Shown here piece after piece: positions 56,667-64,000 of a stretch of 64,000 bases of DNA (positions are counted from its first letter, which is position 1; each line of letters starts with the position of its first letter). The DNA comes from the human T2T-CHM13v2.0 reference genome, Homo sapiens. The notes under the pieces are model-generated. The model made no database searches. It was not told where the DNA came from and was given only the letters and a program-made list of their open reading frames with translations. A program made the position numbers and the translations under genes. Location: the NCBI RefSeq assembly GCF_009914755.1, contig NC_060929.1, one strand, 5' to 3'.

Positions 56667-59600
56667 TTATTTGAAGTCACTTTGTGAGGAATGCCATCTC
56701 TGCTGTGATTCAGGAGAATAGAAGTTTCGGTTTTATGATTTTGCAGACAGATCACAGGAAACTGCTTAGCAAATTTTTTCTTAGTTGCTTTCCTTGACTC
56801 TGTTTTTCTTTCCATGAGTACATCATACATCCTTGCCAAACATTGGGTGGATTTGAACTGATTGAAAGAGGCTCGATTTTCTGTGAACGATTTGTCCTTG
56901 TGTTATCCTGATTGTCACTCGCCTATAACTTATTTAATTTCACATCTCAACAAATATAGTATTATTTCACCCACAGAATTGGCTTCTGATAGAATCACTC
57001 TACTGGTTATTTATCATACATATCTGTAATTGAATTACCTATTGCAGTAGTGTAATTTACTCTCAATTGTACATAAAAATGTAACATAAAATAACATTTT
57101 TCCAGTGTATACTTCCTCATTATTCTACATGAACCCTAGTTTAGCCAATTCTACAGAAATACAGTGACAAATAATGAGTGAAAGATGGGAAGATAAAAGA
57201 TTAGTGGGCTCATGACCTTTCAATAATAAAAGAATTTCATCCTCTAAAAAAATTATTCTCTTTTAAAATAGTTTTTTTTCCCCAAGTGTTAATCAGGAAA
57301 CCAATTCTAGGAAACCAATAAGGAAAAAAAGAGTTTAAAAACAGAATTATTTTCTTTTTTCCAAATGCAGCAATACTATGTCACTACATTTTAAAATGTA
57401 GGAAAGGGAAATAAAGTGTGCTTGTCTTTGCTCTTGTCAAACAACCATTAATCTTGGACCAAAAAAGAAGAAAGAAGATGACAACAGCAATTCCTTTGGG
57501 AAATTTTTCTGTTTTCTTGATCCACTGTTGTGTCACTCCTACTTTAAATTTCATGCACAAGGTGAAATATGACTTGTCTTTGAAGTTGCCTGGCTTCAAA
57601 ATACTCTGTGAAATGGACAGCCTGGTTTCCTTAGCTATACAACCTTTTAGATGGCAAAGACTGTCAATACTAGTATGTTGAAATAAATTACCTATTATCC
57701 AATACCTTCTCTTGGGTCAAGTTTTCATTTGTTTTGTTCTATTTTGCTTCAATTTTGAATCGAAGCAAGTTTTGAGCAGGTTCATTTATATTGAAAAGTT
57801 TATGTATATTCTAGCTTACTTTAATTTTGCTTTTTCTTCTTTTCTCCCTATCAGAAATTGATTTTGTATATCTGGATAACCAATTCTTAAAAAATTCATC
57901 TGAAAAATATGCTATATATTTACCAAGCGTACCCATATCTGTTTCTCCAAAGTGCTTCCCAGCAGCCACATCTCACCTGCTGAATTTATCCCCAAGTTGC
58001 TCCCAATCTATACAGGAATTGGAAACAGGAGATTGCCCCCTATCATTTCTGCAGGGTAGCAGAGTGATAAAAACCTAATTTTCAACCAAACTTCTGCATC
58101 TCAATTTTAAAAGGTTGCTGAGAACATATGTGAAATTATCTATGTTGTCAACTGTACTCAAGACAACTGAAAGTACTTATAGACGCTCATTTTATGATTC
58201 AAGAAAACAGTTAACTTTCTTGGTATAAATTTGCAAGTAGATGCAGGTGAGCAGAAATGTACAATGCTTCACTTTAGACACTTTGTACTTAGTTGTAACT
58301 CAATTTGTTAGACACCATAATTTACATTTTAAACATTATTTAACACATAAAAACTTGTCACCTTGGTATAATTATACCCCAAGCAATTTGTCTGGGTAAC
58401 TATAGCAACAATTGCAGAAACATTTTTAAATACAAAATTGGTATAATTTTAGAATCAAGAATTATGGAGGATTTATTGCAGGATGTACGGCTGCTGTACT
58501 CAAATAGTTGTACATATACTACTATAAAAATGGATTCCTTGACTGGGATATGTTATAAACTCATTTGTTCTATCTTGCACACCATCTGCTTTGTAGCTCA
58601 AACCTCTTCCTTGGGATGAGTTTTTGATATTAGTTAACTCTAGGGTTCATGATCACTTGTCTACATAATGCAATGCCTTTATACTCTTGGCTGGACATTT
58701 AGTAAAGGTTTTCTGCTCCTCCTCCACATCTTCCTGTATCAAAAGCAAAGGCTCAATTTCAATGACTTTATGACCAAAAATAAAATCACTTGAAACTCTT
58801 AAAACTAATCACCAAGTTAAGTAAAACTGTGTCACGATTCAGATAGGCAGCTCTCTCTAACATCAGGAGCATCTGACATTGTCCCCAAAGAGCTGGCATC
58901 TGTTATTTTGGGCCACTAGCACACGGTACAGAGAAAGGCTTGTTGGTTGTAACATTTGTCCTTCAGCAAGAGGCTAACATGACTCTGGAACTAAATTTCT
59001 TACTGCAAATCCATGGACGGGGCTTCAGAAGGCCCATGACTCTAAAATTTATGCAGAAGTTTGTATAAATGTGCTTGTATTTATTTCGGTCTCGTGGTCA
59101 ATAAGTTTTAACAGCCTCTGAGCTGTAAGTTTCTACGTTTCATTCTCCCAAGACACGTGATGAAATCATTTTAAAGGGAAACGGCAGTGAAGAACGCAGG
59201 TTTATTTTTACCAAATTCTGAACGTCTCAAAAATTTCCTCTGGACAGAGACAAGCTTTACCACCCAGGAGGCCAAAGCTTTACTCGCAGCAGGGATCTCG
59301 CAGCTGTTTGACATTATAACAACCAAATGAGTTAGTGCAATTCACAAAAGACATAAAATGATTAGCATCATCTGTCTTCTCCCTGTTAATAAAAGTACAT
59401 ATTGGCTAAAAGCACATAGAAATAGATGTCAGTTTGTCAACCCCACACTTCAATGAGTATACAGATGCTTAGTGTGACTGCATGGAGCAACGTGGATGAG
59501 CAAGCTTCTATCTCCAAAGTTTTTACAAGAAAGAAACTCAAGGGAAAAAACATCTGTGTTTCAAGTGAACCAAACAATTACACTTAGGGCTGTATTTTTC

Positions 59601-60405
59601 ATGAAAAAAAAAAAAACATAGAAAAAGAAATCTTTTGGAGGGGAAAAAAAAATCCATGTTTCTTTTGGTGTAAATACAGGCACAGACAAGAAAATTATTT
59701 CAGTTATACATAACTTAATGGTATTATCTGCTTGAACTGAAGTTGTGTAAAGTGGTCATGATAAACATTACACTCTCTAAAATAATGAAACTGGCATTAA
59801 TTAGCAACAAATTCAGCAATCCTAATTAGGTATTGAAAAATCTTTCTTATTAAAGCCTGGTTTTGTGTTTCTGTCTCCTTATGAACAGACTACCTCTATA
59901 ATTAATAACATATCTGCTGATTCCAAACTCAGCCATTATGACAGAGCTCTTCTCGGTAAGCTAGACGTAAAACTTGTCTTTCTTCAAAACAAACCAGAAC
60001 AATCATTTGTGACTCCTGATGTGTTAACTAAAGTACCCCTAAAAAGCAGAACGGTATTAAACAAAGCTCACGTTATCTTCCCTCAATTTCGATTTCTTTC
60101 TGAGTAAATGCAACAGTCACAAGGAAGGCAGATGCCCAGACAAGGAAGACTTTACAGCGATCTTTTTCTCTGGAAGAGACCTTTCTAGTTAGAGCATTTA
60201 TGTCTGGCCACCACCTTTCCTGTCCCCTCTCCTAGCAAGGCTGACAGCTCTCTATAGCCACCAGATCAGCTCCCCCAACCCCCGGCCCCCAAAATGAAAT
60301 TATTGCAAGATCTGCCTGGTTCTGCTGTTGGTTGCCTGGGACTCCCGCCCACTCGCCCAGGACCCAGCAACTGCCTGTGGCGCCTCGTCCTCCGAGCGCT
60401 CGCTC

Positions 60406-60424
60406 GCAGCGCCCCCTGCCGGGA
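60406..60424 (-). promoter_or_regulatory. CTCF consensus-like motif
   Basis: Minus strand TCCCGGCAGGGGGCGCTGC. Confidence 0.55.
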
Positions 60425-61348
60425 ATCCCGAGGACGCCGCAGGCGCAGGAAAGTTAAATCCCAACTCCGGCCGCGGCATCCTGGTACAAAGCAAGCAAAG
60501 GGCGAGGAGGTGAACGCGCTTCCCGCCAAAGCCAGGGGAACAGGGATGTGACCGCTCCAAGCCAGGCACCGGCCGCCGCGGGGAGCGAGCCGGGGGAATC
60601 ACTCCTCCACGACCGTTCCCACGCACATCTTGGGAGAAACCATTCCCTCTGGAGCCCGATCTGCCCGAAACCCTGGGGTCTGAAACCCTGAGCCGCGGTG
60701 TGCAAAATCCGTGGAGCAGCGGAGGGATGCCTGGTGAAAGGGGCTCGCCTAGCTGCAGCGCACCTGGCTGGTGGTTCCCCAGGCCTCTGCATCCCCCGCC
60801 TTAGTGTCTTTCATTAACCAAGGCGCTTGGCGGAGTTGAGCCCAAGTCCCATTGCCTCCCGGTTCCCCTGTAAGGAAAGCAGGAAAACCTGCCCAAGCCG
60901 GTGGGGCTGCGAGGTGGCCGCTCCCGAACCGCCAAGTCCCGACCTCCGTGTCCCCTGCCCCCGGCTCGCGGCAGTGCGAGCCTGGAGGCGCGCCGGGGGC
61001 GGGCACAGACCAGTGTGCGCACCTTTCCGGGTGTTGGGCAGGGGTCCCGTCTCGCCCACCGCGACACTCCGGCTCCTTACCTCTCCATGCTCAGACCTCG
61101 GCACAGGCGGGTACACAAACTTCCAGCCCGTGCACTAGCTCAACTGTGGGCGCCCCCGGACTGACGGTCGTCCTAATCCTATACGCGCAACCCCCGCCCA
61201 GGTGCCTGCTGATGGATCCCACCCGAGATCGGCACCACCCACCAGCCGACCGCTGCAGTCCCCGGGTCCCGGCCAGCGGCGCGGCGCGGCGCGGCGCGGT
61301 CAGGGGCTCCTGCCAAGGCCACGCAGGAATCGGGCGGGGGTCGCTCAC

Positions 61349-61840
61349 CAGGTGCGAGGAGCGCTGGTGCCAGTCATCCAGCGCCTGGGGGCCAGAGCGG
61401 CTCCGAGGATCCTCTTCAGCACCTGGCTAGGGAAGTGGAGGCAGCAGCTGCAGCCGCCCCCTGCCACTTCCCCAGAGCCGCCCCCTACTCGCTGAGTTCC
61501 AGAATGGGGGCACCGGCTTGGGGGCCACGAGCACGGTCCCCGAGCGCGCGGCCAACCGGTGGGTGGGCAGGTTCGCGCCCAGCAGAGACGACCCTCGAGG
61601 TGGCAAAGTTGGGTGTCCAAGCCAGCTCCGCGGGGCAGTCCTGGGTGGGAGAAGGGAGCGTCCCGGGATGAGCGACACTGGCCGGGCCGCCCCTGCACGG
61701 GGAAGGTGGAGGGCCGGGGCTGCAGCGGGCCAAGGGCCGCGGCTGGCCTGAGGCTGCGAAGCCCACCCGCGGCGGGAAAGCAGCGCTCGGGAGCGGGCTC
61801 AGGGAGAGCAGCCGCCACCGGCGCCGCCTTCCCGGCAAGT
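61349..61840 (-). other. SEMA5A: SEMA5A exon 1 (non-coding 5' UTR); 5' end approximate
   Basis: Ends ...GGATGACTGGCACCAGCGCTCCTCGCACCTG|GTGAGC (canonical donor). Sequence recognised from memory as the semaphorin-5A mRNA leader; lies in the CpG island. Confidence 0.8.
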
Positions 61841-61964
61841 AGATCGGCGCGGGGCGAGCGGGCGCGGAGAGCGCGGGGCGGAGAGCGCTGGGCGGGGAGC
61901 GGGGGACAGCCTGGGCCCACCCCCGCCCCGCCCCGCCCCTGCCCCGCCCCCGCCGCCGCACCGC

Positions 61965-64000
61965 CTCCTCCTCCTCCTCCTCCCCGCCGGGGTGAAACTC
62001 GAGCGCCCCACCCGCGCCTGACCTGCCCGAGCCCCTCCCCGGGCCCCGCCCCTTCCCGGTACAGGACCCCCACCTTCGCTCCTGGGAGCCCCGCTGCACC
62101 CCAGGAGTTCCATTCCAGCCTCCCCAGTGCGAGTGCGGCCGAGCGCTGACTTTTGGGGGCTCCCTCCCCCGTCTCACTGGGTCCCTCTGCGGCTCCCCCG
62201 CCCGCTGTCCCGGTTCAGACGTGGCTGCACCCCGGAGGGGGGCGCCGGCCGAGACCTGAGACGTGGCGCTCCCTCTCTGCCGGCCTCGGCTTCAGGTACG
62301 TGCGGTTCCCTCGGCTAAATCTGGCCCGGGGGATGGGGGGCAGGGGCCGTCTGGTCCTCCGGAACTCGAACTTTGTGATTTTGTTCTTTCTGTGTGACAT
62401 CCTCATCCGTTCTGAGGGAGAAACTCCTTAAAGAAGACGAGAGAGTCAGTCGTTGCGGGTTCTTGGAGGAGCACTTTGGGGGTGAGACTCCCGGCTAGTT
62501 CGGGTCGATTTCAGCGGGATTAAGTCCAGGAAATGAACAAATCTGACGAATCAGGGAGGCCAGAGAAGGCGTCCCCAGGTAGCCACGCTGAGCGTTAAGA
62601 GAGAAGTCCCGTATGGTCAAAGTCATTCGTCCAATTCTGTGCCAATTATTCCTTGTTGCACTTTTGCAGGATCCTTGGGCCTTACTAAGTACTCAGGTGA
62701 AAAGTTGATAATTGGGAAGCAAGTAAAGTACCTTTGAAGACGTGTATAATTGGACACTTTGTTGCAGTTCTTCAGTTTCTGGAGGAGGCGGTGGGGGGGG
62801 AGAGGGAGGGGGTCAGCCTCGCGAAAAGAGCAAATGGTAAAGTTATAGGAGTATAAGGCATAAAACTTGGGTTGGGAGTCCTGACTGGCCTTGAGTGGCC
62901 CTTTCCCACTGGATGGGGGTGCGGGACAGTATCTCTGGGCCCTTTTTACTCAGTCTGCGCCTCAGAGGGAGGCTTGAAGGTCCCCTGCATGAGGAAATGT
63001 GTGAATTGCCCCCTCCTGACCGCAGTGAGGTAGGGACCCCCGCAAGGACCCACGTTCACACCAGCGCCCTTCCAGCCAGTGGTGGGGTATGGATGGGCCT
63101 CGCTGGTCCTGGGCATGGTCCGGTGCGTCCATAAGGGTTCCATTGAGCTCATCCATAAAACAAAGAAGCTATTGCAGGCTGCAGGGTGTCATAGCTCGCA
63201 CAGTAGCCATGCAGACCTAAGAGGACAATGGAAATACAAATTGCTATCGATGTGTCTTTATTTTCTAGAACTTTTTTTTAAAATAAAAGAATTAAGTGAA
63301 AGCAATTCCGAAGGTTTCTATGAAAGCCCAGCCCATCCCCAAATGCCCAGTCTCTGGCACGGGTGATCTGGCTGTCTTGGGTACTCAGGCCTTACTGGGA
63401 TTTCCTTTAAGACCTCTGGGAGGAAGTGTCAGTAGCTGGGCAGGCCTTCTTGGCAAGCATTCCTCCCTGGGTTGTGGCGGGGGCTCCCGGCCTGCTGTGT
63501 GGCAGCTGCAGGCTCCTGGGGACCTGAAGGAAAAGCTTAACCGTTCTCCCTTCCCTTGCTTGGCACTTAGAGCACTAGTTCCATTCCAGACATTCCGATT
63601 ATCTTGCCTACGTGGCACAGAGGCCTAGGAGCCTCCCTGGGAGGAAGAGGCAGGCCAAGGTCTTGCCTGGCTGCTTCTAGGGGGAAAGATGTAGGGAGGA
63701 AGCTGCCTTATGCTTGGATCTGCAGCCTTTGCCTGGACCTGTGGAGCCTACGTGGCCAGGGTGAGGGAGACAGAAATTAGAACCCAATGTATTCAGCTAA
63801 TCCTCTTCTTGCCTCTGAACATTGCCGTTAATACTTGAAAAGAAAAAAAAAAAGCAAAAAAACTCTTGGCATATAGAGCTAAGCAGTGGGAAGAAGATAG
63901 CTTTCTAAACCATGACCCAATAGGTCTGATAACATAACATTTAACTGGATAAATTACATAATTTTGTATATATGTAGGGGGGAGTTGAATTCAGTTTTGC
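61965..64000 (+). ncRNA. SNHG18: Divergent lncRNA, probably SNHG18 (5' part; exon 1 ending at 62295; start approximate)
   Basis: Plus-strand donor TTCAG|GTACGT at 62295/62296 at the island edge. SNHG18 is known to lie head-to-head with SEMA5A, so this call depends on the SEMA5A identification. Confidence 0.65.

Larger units (their letters stand above)
60330..62520. promoter_or_regulatory. CpG island / bidirectional promoter
   Basis: Abrupt rise in GC and CpG content, (GGCGC)n at ~61277-61298, arrays of GGGGCGGGG Sp/KLF boxes at 61919-61951. Outward-facing splice donors on both strands. Confidence 0.93.

Noticed and set aside
61420-61445. Acceptor-like 'ctccacttccctagccag|GTG' inside exon 1
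   Set aside because: No convincing upstream donor on that strand, and the recalled mRNA reads through it.
60266-62431. Many overlapping 80-242 aa ORFs in the CpG island
   Set aside because: Stop-codon scarcity in GC-rich DNA; Pro/Gly/Arg/Ala-rich, open in several frames, no recognisable domain.
63905-63935. ATGA...CTGA resembling C/D boxes (SNORD123?)
   Set aside because: The boxes are under 20 nt apart and box C is incomplete; SNORD123 is expected beyond the window end.

Overview
Human/great-ape genomic DNA (AluY, AluS, L1PA, MSTA present). No protein-coding exon can be supported. The CpG island at ~60.3-62.5 kb contains a minus-strand non-coding first exon (~61840-61349, donor CTG|GTGAGC). 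I recognise it from memory as the 5' UTR exon 1 of SEMA5A (5p15.31). A divergent plus-strand transcript fits SNHG18; its snoRNA SNORD123 is not in the window. These identifications are recollection, not a database search. Positions 1-61348 are then part of the long SEMA5A intron 1, filled with Alu, L1, L2, MIR, MaLR/ERV LTR and DNA-transposon fossils. All listed ORFs look incidental. I see no clearly new gene system. The best leads are a textbook recursive-splice-site motif at 49762/49761, three short local non-tandem duplications (two look like templated insertions), an upstream AUG and alternative donor near exon 1, a candidate intronic promoter at ~51.1 kb, CTCF-like motifs and an AP-1/TEAD/RUNX cluster. 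Repeat subfamily names are by eye.
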